A stretch of 64,000 nucleotides of DNA from Massalongia carnosa. Taxonomy: Eukaryota. Below the pieces are notes generated by a model. It searched no databases, was not told where the DNA came from, and worked only from the letters and a program-made list of their open reading frames with translations. The DNA is taken from contig OZ287085.1 of NCBI GenBank assembly GCA_965645245.1, positions 558,001-622,000 on the forward strand, read 5' to 3'. Position numbers and translations under genes: made by a program. Position 1 is the first letter of the stretch. The number at the start of each line of letters is the position of its first letter. This document shows, piece after piece, positions 51,101 to 63,105 of this stretch.

Positions 51101-52161
51101 GTCCTATCAGTCATTATCTGGGTCTAAAAATAGAACGGAATCGCGTTAACAGAACAATCAAACTCTCTCAGCCTGCCTATATTGAAAAGGTCCTAGAGAA
51201 ATTTCATATGCAGAACGCAAAAATCTCTACTACCCTAATGAAAGAAGGCAGTCTTTTCAGAAATGACTCTCAGGCCTTTGATAAAGAAATCAAACAATAT
51301 CAAGTGATAGTTGGCTCCATAATGTTCGCTATGATAGAAACACGACCAGACATAGCCTTTGCAACATCAGTAATCAGCAGACATGCCAAAAATCCTGGCA
51401 AAACACACATGGAAGCCGCCAAAACTATCCTCAGATACCTCAGTGCCACCAAAGACAGAGGCATTACCTATGGTAGAGGTGACATGTCCGTACAGGGATA
51501 TTCCGATCCAGACTGGGCCGGAGACAGGGAAGATCGCAAATCCACCTCCGGTTATATATTCATACTAAACAATGGACCTATCAGCTGGTGTTGCAAGAGA
51601 CAGAAAACCGTTACATTGTCATCTACAGAAGTAGAATATATGGCACTCACCTTGGCTGCTAAGGAAACCATATGGATACGCTTATTGATGACTGAACTTG
51701 GCCTGATAAAGCCAGATGATGCCTCTCCAACAGTGAACGTACTAAAAAGGGAATTTGTTATAGCACTAAAAGGCGACAATCAGAGTGCAATCGCACTAGC
51801 CAACAATCCCGTTTTACATTCTAGGATAAAACACATAGACGTTCAGCATCACTTCATCCGAAACGAAGTCATCGATGGACGAATCAACCTATCCTATATA
51901 CCGACGGAAAATATGGTAGCGGACGGCCTGACTAAGCCATTGACCCATGTGAAATTCTTCTCTTTCATCAGACAGCTGCACATGGAAAACACGAACAGTC
52001 AGTCAAGATCTAACGGTTCAGAGTATGATAGGACTTGAGGGGGGATGTTGAATATCCAACTCCTATCAGTACATAGCATCTAGGAAACCGTAGAAGCCGC
52101 ATTAGGCCTAGTCCCAAGATTAGATAAATATCACCTCGCTTAACAGAAGGTGACCAGTAAG

Positions 52162-55100
52162 TTAATTGCCCTTAGATCACTAAAATGGTTGAGTAACGGA
52201 AGCGGTTAGTGCGCCGGCAGATGCCGTACTTTCCTTTGATTGGCCTTGGGTGGATGTGGTTGAACCGTGACATTAACCCTTCTTAAGATCGCGAATCACC
52301 TGATCGCGAAAGTTCGTCAGTTAGTGGAGGTTCATTGAACATAATATGTTTTTAGCACCAAAAAAGACTATCATAATCAGGAAATGCTCCATCGAGGCTT
52401 GTTAGGGTGTCGGAGATAGAAGTCTTCTGTTATCTCCTTAGCATTTTCGAAACAAGTTGCGTCGTACCATTGTCTATTTTCATCATGATCCTTCCATTTG
52501 ACTTTGAATTGGACTTTTCGATAGTACCTCCGAGCGTCTAGTATATCATCCACCTCCCACTCTTCCTTGTTGTCTACTATTACCGGAGGAGGTGGTTCAT
52601 TTACTTGTCCGGGTAGAGGGTCGTCAGCTGTTTTTCTCAATAAGCTGGTATGAAAGACGTCATGAATATCATGGAAGCTGGTAGCTTTAATCGGCATGCG
52701 GATCCGATGAGTTCTTTTACTCGGTATGGTCCAATCATTTTATGGTCCAGTTTTTTGGAGCTTCTTTCGGTTTGGATGCTTTTGGTGGATAACCAGACCA
52801 TGTATCCTTCCTCATAAGTGACTTCGTTTCGGTGCCGGTCCGCGGCGGTCCTTTGTCTTTCCTGAGCTTTGGTCATGCTGTTTCGGACGAAGTCCCAAAC
52901 TTTCTCCATGTCCTCGGTGATGTCCTTGGCTTTTTCGTTGGCGAGTCTTTGAAGGGTGGTGTCGGCCGACAAGTCGGTCAAACTAAAACTCATCATCCTT
53001 GGTTCATAACCTCGCTTGGCCATAAAAGGTGAAAGGTGGGTGGTTTCTAATTCCCCGGAGTTCACCGCAAACTCGGCCATTGGCAACAGTTCAACCCAGT
53101 TGTCCTAAAGTAGTTGGTGAAACTCCGGAGGTGTCGTTCCATTTCTTGATTGGCTATTTCGCTTTGGCCGTCCGTTTCAGGATGAAATGCGGTGGAAAGC
53201 TTTGCGGTGATTCCTAGGATTTTACACATGCCCTTCCAGGTGTCGGAAACGAACTGCGGTCCTCGATAAGAAATCATACTGGTTGGGAGGCCGTGATACC
53301 TCCAAACATTCCCAATCAGCAGTTTAGCGGTGGCTTCAGCGGTTGTTCCCTCGCCCTTGGCCGTGCATGGATGTAGTGGCGTTCCTTTGACAATCGATCG
53401 ACTACCATCAAAATTGCATTATGACCATTTTGGGATTCTGGAAGTCCAGTTACATAATCCAACGAAATGTCTGTCCATGGTCTTTCAGGAACTGGCAGGG
53501 GTTTCAGTACTCCATTGTATTAGTCCCTGGGTGCTTTGGCTCGTTTGCACACATGGCAATTTCTGACATAACGCCGAATGGAGTTCAACATGCCTGGCCA
53601 GTAATAGTCCCTGGCGATTGTTCGTTGTGTTTTTGCCATTCCGGGATGTCCAACTGCTACTTGATCATGAATTTGTCGAATTACATCGAGGATCAAATCA
53701 TCGTCAGCGGGAACCCATAAGCGTTCGGCTTTATAGAGGTCGCCTTCCTTGATTACACAATCCTTGATGCTGGGGAGCGGGTCTAGTTCCGGTGACTCTT
53801 CATAGTCCTCTTCAGTCAGCTTACTCCTCATTCGGTTGCAGGTCTCATCTGAAAGATTTCTATGTTTGATCTTTTCTGCGAGGGTAAGGTCTTCATCGAT
53901 GATCTCGATTGGTTGAAGGTCTAGTCTTTCCGAGGTTAACACCGTTTGTAATTGATGCTTTTTCATCGATGATCTCTATTGGTTGAAGGTCTAGTCTATC
54001 CGAGGTCAACACCGTTTGTAATTGATGCCTTTGTCTTTCATCTTCGTCATCCTGTGGCTTGTCGTTCGGACGACGTGTAAGAGCATCAGCTTTTTCATTT
54101 TACTTGCCCGTCCTATAGGTGATGACAAAGTTGAACTCTGAGAGCAACTCGGCCCATCGGGCCTGTCGTCTGGTGAGTTTCTTTGTGGTCATAAAATATT
54201 CCAGGTTTTTATGGTCGGTGAAGATTTTAACGGGTAGCTCGGTGCTTTCTAATTCGGGCCTCAATTGTTCGAACCATCGGATAATGGCCAGCAGCTCCTT
54301 GTCATAGATTTCATAGTTGCATTCAGCGGGGTTGAGGTTCTTGGAGAAGAAGGCGACTGGGTGCAACTCTCCATCTCCGTTCTGAGACATTGTTCCTCCA
54401 TTGACGTGGTCTGACGAGTCCGTTTCCAGATAAAATTGTTTCTTCGGGTCGAAGTGAGCTGGGACTGGTGCTTCAATAGCCTTCTGTTTCAATCCTTGAA
54501 ATGCTTGTTCACAGACTTCATTCCATTCGAATAATTTTCCCTTTTTCGCCAAAGCGTTCAGTGAACCAGCGATCTTGGAAAAGCCTCTTATGAAACGTCG
54601 ATAAAAGTTACAGAATCCTATGAAAGATCGCACTTCACGAAGACAGGTGGGGACTTCCCAACTGACTATGGCCTGAACCTTGGCTGGATCCATTTTTATT
54701 CCTTCCGTGGTGATGATTAACCCCAAGTACTTGATTTCAATAACATGAAATTCGCACTTGTCTACATCCACTTGAAGACCAGCTTCCTGAAGTTTGGCCA
54801 ACACTTTTCGGACATGTTCTCGATGTTCTGTAATATTCTTGCTGTAGATCAAGATGTCGTCCAAGTAGGCCGAGCAGAATTTATCCAGGGACTCGAACAG
54901 AATGTCATTGATGAAATGCTGCCAGGAAGACGGTCCGCCGGTCAGTCCGAATGGTAAGTCCTCGGATTCCCTGGCCATTCTCAGCTTGTGAAAAGCCTGT
55001 CGAATGTCCAGTTTGGAAAACACTTTGGCTTCCTTCAACTGGGCTAGCGTTTCATCAATCAAGGGCAATGGATATCTATCTTTTTTACTTAGTTGATTCA

Positions 55101-56853
55101 ATTTTCTGTAATCAACACAGAAACAGAGTCCTCCACCTGGTTTTTTGGCTAATAGGATAGGAGAAGAACATGCGGCATGACTGGCCTCTATGAACCCCTT
55201 TCTTAGATTGTCCTCTAGATATTTCTTCACGAACTCCAATTCCATGCGGGACATACTCCTCAAATAGCTGTGTCTATGATCTTGATCTCCGGTCAACAGG
55301 ATCCTGTGATCGTAGGGGCGATGAGGTGCTAGCTCATCTGATTCAGCTATGGAGAATACCTTCAGAAAGTCATGATATTCTTCAGGAACTTTGGTCTTCG
55401 GGTCGGTAGGAGTCGAACTTTCCTTGTTTAGTTCATAGTCAATGTCCCTCAGAGAAATTGCGAATAGTTCAACGTCTTTCTCCTTGGTCAGTGATTTGTA
55501 GGCCGCAGCCCCTATGAGGGCGCAGTCTATCGGCTTATCTTCGGCAGATGACTTTTGTGATATTCTTTCTGATAGTCCTTTTCCGATTTTCTTAAAAGGT
55601 ACCGACAATGGGGCGGATCGTTCCGTACAAGTCTCTTCCGGTCGGACCAGGATTTGTCGGACCGTTCGGGTCTGTTCGGGTTTGTTCGAAGCCGACGTTG
55701 TCTGCCTCATCATTTTCATTGGTGTTGGCAGTCCAGGGGCGCCAGGATGGGTGCAATGCCCAGGCCAGAACATGATCTTGTCGTTCTTCATGTCCAGGAG
55801 GAGTCCGTGCTTCCTCATCCAAGGTTTTCCTAGAATCATTCCGTGCTGTCCTAGTTTGGTGATCAGCAATGGTAATAAGTTCTCACGATGATCCTGCATC
55901 GTCATGGTGGGATAAATGGCATGGGTAATATTAGGGGCCCGTCTTCATCAAATCCTCGCACCGGTTTGGGTTTCGTCAGTTTCTGGGGTTCGATTTGAAG
56001 TTGTTCACAAATAGTGCGCAGCATTGATTCGTCGATAAAAGCATGTCCCGTAGCACCGGTGTCTAAAAGAGCATCAAGCTTTATCTCATTCCTATTACCT
56101 AACGTACATGCATGAACAAAATTTTAATCGGTGAACAAATCGCCAGGTAAATAGGAAGAGGAGATCAATAAAGGTTCTTCCTCCTCCGCGCCTTCAGATG
56201 AGGTTATTCTTTTCCCGTCTAGCCGCTTATTTCGTGGATAGTAGCTTTGGAAGTTTTGCTACGGTCTTTTGCCAAAGTTCCCTTTTCTTTGCAGTAAAAA
56301 CACCTACCTTCCTTCATTAATTGTTCTCGTTCCACCTTAGTCAAACGTCCCGATGTGACAGCAGGTTCAATAGGGACGGAGTGAGAAGGTAAGGTTGAAG
56401 GTTTGGATGCAGGAGTGTCCACTCTAGGCTTGAAGGGTGTTGATGCTTTGATGACGTTTTTCCTTCCTTCGTTCATTCGATCATAGCTCGCTTTTGAACT
56501 CTCGACATCTTTCAAAGCTTGAAAAAGTCGCTGGCAACGATGAGCATACTCATAAATGTCTGTGGGTTCCTGATTTCCAATGGCCAGTTGCTTTTTCATG
56601 TCCAAGGAGAGCTTGTGAGTGAGTTCGTCAATAAGGGTGGAGGGGCTATAATCTAACTCCGAAGATAGTCGTTGAAATTCGGACCTGAAAGAATTGAAGT
56701 CCTTACTTCCCATGCGCAAGGCCCTAAATGCCTTCATAGCAGTGTGTTTTCGATTGGGGTCCCCATAAATTCGTCCCAATAATTCCAACATTTCCTTAGC
56801 GGTCTCGAAAGGTTTGGCGGCCCCTTTGCTCAGTCTGGCTTCCATGTGTCGCA
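52162..56853 (-). mobile_element. Degenerate 5'-truncated Ty3/Gypsy chromovirus D
   Basis: gag tail CFYCKEKG (56219-56853), LLDTGATG, RT YLDD with short internal deletion (SEDL|PFGL), integrase, chromodomain EWEVDDILD; PPT plus TGTCACGG LTR start at 52272; ~60-bp duplication near 53905-54027. Confidence 0.9.
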
Positions 56854-57118
56854 TGTTAGATGAGACAGCCATCCTATGTGCCGTGCCAGACGGCAACATA
56901 ACGGCCTAGGAATAACGTCTCAGGTGATCCGCACACGGCTAGCTAATGAGGTGGTACGGCAGGGAGATTCAAGTCAAACCTGCCCTGCCGCTGTGCCTGC
57001 TCTCTATCTTATTCATCTCTCATCTATCTAGCTATATAAACATAGTAGATAGATAGCCACCTAGATAGAACAATCAATCCTTCCCACACATACTATTACC
57101 TACCTATTTAACTCAACA
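56854..57118 (+). mobile_element. Solo LTR of Copia B family without TSD
   Basis: Reverse complement of 30839-31112; flanks TCGCA/TAACC differ. Confidence 0.9.
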
Positions 57119-57625
57119 TAACCTGCAGTAGCTGATCGTACATGTTGCAGTCACTGCAATTCAGCATACTTTAATCAAAAATAGTGTTTATTCTTAATAT
57201 GATTTGTGATAGCTTTATCTGTTAACTTTCGTAAGGAATATGTGATTTACATACATAAAAACATCAATTCACGCGTAGATGTAGTATAATAATTGTCATT
57301 AAAGATAATTATCGATGTAAATTATTTATCTACTTATATTGCCGATAATAGATTAATACGAATCTAATCACTATATTAAATTCATAAGTTTCTCAAACTT
57401 GTCAGCATCAGCGCTAACCTGGAGGGGTTTAGCCGGCACAAAGCGCAACGCACGTCTGAGGTACATGTAGCAAATAGTGCTCTGGTCTCGCGTGTCACGT
57501 CAATATCATACCTTGAGTAAAACAAGACCATGCGATGAGCCTCTCACTAACATAATAGACGGGATAGCCTCTTTTCGATCAGTTGCCATGACCGATGCAC
57601 GCAGTTGAATACCTGTTTTCGCAAC

Positions 57626-60286
57626 ATGGCCAGGCTCTCGCAAGATGAGCGCGATATTATCGAGAAGTATCCTTTGGGCAACGCTCTAGATCATCTACAA
57701 TGTTCACTTCGAGAAGCGGAGCAATCTTATGATGCGGCCGTCGACGACTCAGGGCAAGGAGCTCAAAAGACAATATCGAGACTTCTCTATGTCTTACTGG
57801 GCCACGAGGTGGCTCTTGATCTTCGCTCCAAAATCAGCAACGAGAATATCGCCTCTGAACTCTCGACACTGTTCAGACGTATTCAGAATCGTAATTTTAT
57901 CTACGAACACTACCGTGCGCTTGTACGACTTGTCGTCCGAAACGCACCGGAAGTCGACATTTGGGACGCCGTTTTTGATCTCATCGTTACTGTCTCCCGA
58001 TCAACTCCTCCCACAAGCGTCCCCCTCACGTTCGATGGCACACCCATCACGCGCTCCTCCGCCACACAGCAAGGTGATGAGCAGAACAAAGAGTTGTTGA
58101 ATGGACCGCTTTTCCATGAATTCAAGAGATGCACATACCGGGGGGTTGGCGGGTTCTTCTCGAAATATTTCGAGGGCAAGGTGTGGACGGAGCGGAGCAA
58201 AGAGATCTACAATGCCATTAAGCATCGACATGTCGACGGCTGGTGGACTGACTTTCCCAATCCGTCGATGCAGAATGCTGTATGGGAATGGTTAGTCCGT
58301 TTTCAGGATGAGTTTCTATCCGACACGCAAGGTGTCTACTTCACAACCAGAAGTACCAAGGACATTATTGGTGCTGAAGCCCTGCGTCAGCTCGACCTCT
58401 TCATCAAGCCGAGGAGTGACACGGTAGAAACGACGCACATGTGGAAAGACGTCCGGGTCATTGGTGAGCACAAGCAATCAAAGGATGACTTCAAAGCTCT
58501 GCTCCTCCAGCTCGGCAGGTACATGCGCGATGTGTTTACCGCCCAGCCGACCCGCCGTTTCATTCACGGATTTTTCCTCCACGGAACTACCATGGAACTT
58601 TGGGTGTTCGATCGATCTGGTCCTTACAGCTCTGGTGAATTCGATATTCACGAGGAACCCGAGCAATTCATTCGAGCCGTTGCGGGATACGCCATGATGA
58701 ACGACGAAGAGCTAGGCATGGACACATTCGTTGAGCGAAATGGTGGAGATTTATTCATAACCATTTTGGAAGATGCTACTGCAAAAGAAAAGAGATTTCG
58801 GCTGGAGCATGCTCCGCTGGTCATGCAACGAGCCATTGTTTGTCGGGGAACAGCTTGCTATCTTACCAAAGATCTAGAAAATGTAGCAAAGTTCTCATGG
58901 ACATCCGCGAAGCGGCCACCGGAGGCAAATATCCTGAGGTTGGCACATCAGAAGGGTGTAAAAGGAGTTGCAAGATTGTTGGGCTACCACCGCATAACTA
59001 GTATTCAGGAAATGCGCGGTGGCTTGACCTTTCCTGCTCCTCACCGATTCCGCAGTACCTCGCCAAACACCCCAGCATCTTTCTCGTGCTCTCAATTACA
59101 GCCGCCACTTTCTCAGTCTTTCGGGCCGTTTCAACGCTTGAGCATCGTCCAGAATTCTTCGAGGACCTCCTCGAAGAAACGAAAATCTGCAGATAACGAA
59201 GCAAAACCTTTAAAAAGGTCAAGGTCCAACAGTCAAAGATCAAGCCTACGTGAGAGACACAATGCTACGGAGGCCCTGAGGACTACACAACCAATGGACG
59301 GAAAATCTGTGGATCACGAAGGAAGGTTGTTCATGGAGCCCGCGTCCATCAGTCACAAGTCGAAGTCATGCAAGGAGCAGGAAGCATTGCAAGCCCCGGA
59401 AAATGCCGGTACAAGGAAACCAAAGTCGGAGGAAAGCAAAGAAAAGTCTTTGAAGCGGTTGGGATCCAACAGTCAAAGATCGCACTCATCATCTCAGGAA
59501 TGCGAATTGTCACACGCCTTTGAAAATGCTCAAGCCTCGAGTTTCTGTGACTTAAGCGACACATCATTCGACAATCGCGTGTTCGGCTGTTTAATCATCT
59601 CGCCGGCAGGACGAGCACTCAAGAACTTCTGCTCGATCTCGGAGTTGTTAATGGCACTTCGTGATGCGATCAAGGCGCACAGATCCTTGTATTTGGAAGG
59701 AACCATTCTGCACAGAGACATCTCGGAAAACAACATCATAATAACAAATCCAAAGCAAGCCAACGGCTTCACGGGGATGCTGATCGACGCAGACCTTGCG
59801 AAAATAGTTGATGGTGGGCGAACCGACGCACGGCAACAGACAGGCACAATGGAGTTCATGGCGATTGAAGTGCTACGCAAACTCAATCATACTTATCGAC
59901 ATGATCTCGAATCGTTCTTTTATGTGCTTCTATGGATCTGCGCTCGTCGTGTGTGGGAAAGGCAGTTTGAGTGTAAGTTGGTGGATAGACCTAGGAAAAG
60001 CGTTTTGACGTGGTGGTACACGGGCGATTTCGATGATATCGCTCGAAGAAAACGATGCGATATGGGTGTTGATGGGTTCGAGGACATTTTGGAGGAATTT
60101 CCTTCAATACTCAATTGCCTTAAGGATTTGTGTCGAACAATACGGGGTATCCTCTTCCCTTTCACGCATGGGTTGTTGTTGTTTACTGGAACCAAACCGG
60201 ATCCGGAGAAGCTTTACGGGCCTCTCCTTGAGGCATACGATGAGACTATCGCTGAGATAGCCAGAGCAGAGGGAGATTCGAGATAG
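57626..60286 (+). CDS. Fungal-specific FunK1/Sgk2-type protein kinase (Pkinase_fungal), ~886 aa, intronless
   Basis: LWVFDRSG, IVCRGT, HRDISENN, LIDADLA, TGTMEFMA, HTYRHDLESFFYV; first ATG at 57626. Confidence 0.92.
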   Translation: MARLSQDERDIIEKYPLGNALDHLQCSLREAEQSYDAAVDDSGQGAQKTISRLLYVLLGHEVALDLRSKISNENIASELSTLFRRIQNRNFIYEHYRALVRLVVRNAPEVDIWDAVFDLIVTVSRSTPPTSVPLTFDGTPITRSSATQQGDEQNKELLNGPLFHEFKRCTYRGVGGFFSKYFEGKVWTERSKEIYNAIKHRHVDGWWTDFPNPSMQNAVWEWLVRFQDEFLSDTQGVYFTTRSTKDIIGAEALRQLDLFIKPRSDTVETTHMWKDVRVIGEHKQSKDDFKALLLQLGRYMRDVFTAQPTRRFIHGFFLHGTTMELWVFDRSGPYSSGEFDIHEEPEQFIRAVAGYAMMNDEELGMDTFVERNGGDLFITILEDATAKEKRFRLEHAPLVMQRAIVCRGTACYLTKDLENVAKFSWTSAKRPPEANILRLAHQKGVKGVARLLGYHRITSIQEMRGGLTFPAPHRFRSTSPNTPASFSCSQLQPPLSQSFGPFQRLSIVQNSSRTSSKKRKSADNEAKPLKRSRSNSQRSSLRERHNATEALRTTQPMDGKSVDHEGRLFMEPASISHKSKSCKEQEALQAPENAGTRKPKSEESKEKSLKRLGSNSQRSHSSSQECELSHAFENAQASSFCDLSDTSFDNRVFGCLIISPAGRALKNFCSISELLMALRDAIKAHRSLYLEGTILHRDISENNIIITNPKQANGFTGMLIDADLAKIVDGGRTDARQQTGTMEFMAIEVLRKLNHTYRHDLESFFYVLLWICARRVWERQFECKLVDRPRKSVLTWWYTGDFDDIARRKRCDMGVDGFEDILEEFPSILNCLKDLCRTIRGILFPFTHGLLLFTGTKPDPEKLYGPLLEAYDETIAEIARAEGDSR

Positions 60287-60993
60287 ATCAGGCAGTCGCC
60301 TTTGTGCCTTAGAACTAAGAATATTGGCTTCCTTTGGTAGCGGATGAAGAAGAATTAGTGCGCTCGCAAACCACTGTAGCATAGTATAATAGAAACTATG
60401 GAAAATGTCCTATGCTGCCAGTTATTCGGCTGCATCATCTTGCTAAGTGTTGATTGGGAAGGACGACTCTTGAGTACTCCTTCCGTGAACTCAACGCTCA
60501 TATCCAAGGTCAGGCGCAAACAATCACTTTACAGGCTCATTTTCTTTTACTATCTTCTATTTTATAAAATTTTAAACCACATACAGATTCGGTGTTACGC
60601 TGAATTTCATTGCTTCGGCTGAACAGATTATTTTGGTCCAGCGCGTGTCCAGGTAAGTTCTCTCAACAGAGTTCTTCTCAGGCTATGGGTAGAGCTGATG
60701 ATTGATCTGTCGATCAAGGAAAAAATCCGCACCAGGCCTTCGCGAAAACGTTTTTGGGAGACTTCTTCGTATTCAAAGAGGCCTGTTGAATACATGATCG
60801 AACGTGGTTGATCAAACTCCATGTCTTTTTAAGGCTGAATACCATCGAGATAAGTCGAATAACAACGACGAAACGTCGAATACGCGACGTTTGAATAAAA
60901 GGCGATTGGAATTGTTTTCAAACGTATTTAAAGGACTAATTCTTTTATGTTTTAATTGAAATTTCGTGTAATTAGATGTGTTTTTTTATTAAA

Positions 60994-61457
60994 GTAATTC
61001 GGCTAAGGCGAAAGGTAATGCCAGGACTGAATGGAGGCAGGCCGCGAAACAGCCGACGAAGGCTGAAGGCCGTGGATAGCCGAAGGACCGAGTAGAGGCA
61101 GGCCGCGAATAGCCAACGAAGGCCGAAGGACAAAGGAAGATGATGTACAAAATAGTTAGACAAGCAAGGGAGAGAAAGGGCATAAATAGGTAGCCTTTTG
61201 GCACTCTTCTCCTTATCACCATTATTGATTCGGAGTTCAGCACCAAAAGGTCTTTTCTTTTGCCCACCCACCCACTCCCTGAATCAGCCGCATAGGTAGA
61301 TGGAGTTTTCCCCCTCACTGCTGCCAAAACAAAGCCATTATAGGAGGGGCCCTCAGCAAAACTGAGAGCCAGCAGAGCAACAGCGAGGGGAGAGTTGCCC
61401 AAACGTAGATAAAAATTATGTATATGTTAATCTGACACGATAGAGCCCGCGAATTAC
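60994..61457 (+). mobile_element. Solo terminal-repeat unit of the Ngaro-like family
   Basis: 60994-61256 is homologous to the reverse complement of 3133-3333; unit bounded by GTAATTCG...CGAATTAC. Confidence 0.7.
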
Positions 61458-61482
61458 TAAAGCTGCTTATATAAAAACAAGA

Positions 61483-61966
61483 TGAAACGGGGAGACCTTC
61501 TCCCAGCAGGCATTCACTACTGGAAGACGGGATCCACACGGGCTACACAACGTGATGGTCACAATAGAGGTACAAATAGGTTGGGTTGGGTCAAAGGGTA
61601 GACTAAATGCTACCCTTTTGAAGTGTTTAATTATTGATCTATATAGAATAGGACAATCCACAACCTAAGCTCTTCTTCCGTACCTTGCACATACTACCTG
61701 GTATTTTCGGTCACCGAAACACTTCGGTCACCGAAAGACACGGGTAGATAAGACTAGGCAGGCGAGCTAGGGGAGGAGAGGCGAGGCGAGGGGATACTTC
61801 GTGTACTACGAAAACACCTCTATAATAAGTTAAGTCCCCATACTATGCCTAACTGGGTTAGGCGGGACCTTATTGTCCTGGTGGTTGTTTTGGCTGTACG
61901 TATCCTACATAGCCATATAGGCCAGTCTTACGTTCAACGAACGCATACTAGGCCTAACCTATTATA
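61483..61966 (-). mobile_element. Solo LTR W, copy 2
   Basis: Reverse complement of 22815-23302; CAAGA TSD. Confidence 0.92.
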
Positions 61967-62091
61967 CAAGAATAAATGTACGAATTTAATATAATATTCA
62001 TAAAAGTTCTCATGTGATTGTATAACAATTTTTAATTATAACAAATTTTTTTACTTAAATGACACTCGATTTTTTTTATTAAAGTTTTGGT

Positions 62092-62691
62092 TACGCCGCG
62101 CAACGGGTCTGGTTTCTTATAAGAGGGACAGTAGATACTAGTCCTTATGGGTTATAATGCTCAGTATGACTGCTAATAGATTGGTAGGTGCTAAAGCTAA
62201 AAGCTGATTCCCTGAAGATGGAAATCGAGCTTTCTATATACCCCTAGGGGTCCTATTTACTAACTAATTGTCTGGTTACCTGTCTGCCTTGTTGCCTTCA
62301 GCTGAGGTATAGTAGATAGCCTTGCTGCCTTCTGCTGAGGTCTAGCAGATAACCTTGTTGCCTTTAGCTGAGGTCTCATAGGCGTCCCAGGCCTCCCATG
62401 AGATCAAGGCTTATCTGAATAGCTTCAGTTGCTGCCTAACAAGCTGGTAAGGCTGAATGCTAATGGCTTAGTATGCTATCCGCCTTATCATGACTAAGCA
62501 TCCGGATTATCAGTCACCCGGTCTTCTTTGGCGAGTCATCCCAGGAGCTAGCGCAGTCCTGTATTGCCGCGCTATTATATTTCACTACTGAATACCCAAC
62601 CCGTTTGCGGCGAACCATATGATTTTGGGTGTCCGGGTTGAGTTTTAAAAGAAAAACCCAGTGGCGAAAACCCAACTCGTTGAGCGGCGTA
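62092..62691 (-). mobile_element. hAT-type MITE carrying a 462-bp solo LTR (62118-62579)
   Basis: MITE TIRs, TSD GTTTTGGT/GTTTTTTT; inner element TATAAG...ATTATA with TTTCT/TTTCA TSD and three ~33-bp internal repeats. Confidence 0.8.
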
Positions 62692-62928
62692 GTTTTTTTG
62701 GTTATATAAAATATAAACAAGAATAAAGATTAATATAGAGCAGACTAGTTAACTTTTATTAGATAAGAATAAAACAAGAAAGAATTTTTTAGAAATAGAT
62801 ATCTGCTTTATTTAACGTTTTCTATCAAGATAAACAGCTCGATTTAATCAATAAAAACAAATTATCTTTTTTATATATAACAATTTTTTTACTTTATTAA
62901 TATTCATTAGCAATATAATATTACTGTT

Positions 62929-63098
62929 TGTAACGGTTCGACCAAGCGTGGTGCGGACGCCAGGACCTACAGCGAACATAGCAAGAGTCCCAGTTATAGT
63001 TGAATAGAGCTTGGTCTGCGGATAAGTATTGGACCTTTTAGTCTGGAAGGATAGGTGGCACAATGGTAGAAATCTATTCACTATCTCGCTTTGTAACA
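62929..63098 (+). mobile_element. Solo LTR Y
   Basis: TGTAACGG...GTAACA; perfect CTGTT TSD. Confidence 0.92.
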
Positions 63099-63105
63099 CT
63101 GTTTA

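Larger units (their letters stand above)
41190..52161 (+). mobile_element. Degenerate Ty1/Copia element C (integrase deleted), split by pogo/Fot1; partial 3' LTR V 52046-52161
   Basis: WLLDSAADMHVCN (41515), TWHAHLN; frame KGL|DVSFLDD restored across the insertion; RT FKSRWVVKG, KALYGLKQSPR, FVDD; RNase H SSTEVEY, ADGLTK to 52038; PPT GAGGGGGGA. Confidence 0.88.

Noticed and set aside
4701..60286. Starship-type giant element carrying the ankyrin and kinase genes
   Set aside because: No DUF3435 captain-like ORF or boundary repeats seen; the only YR-like frame belongs to the Ngaro-like element
60398..60822. Small gene downstream of FunK1
   Set aside because: Short ORFs with no recognisable motif or convincing splice model
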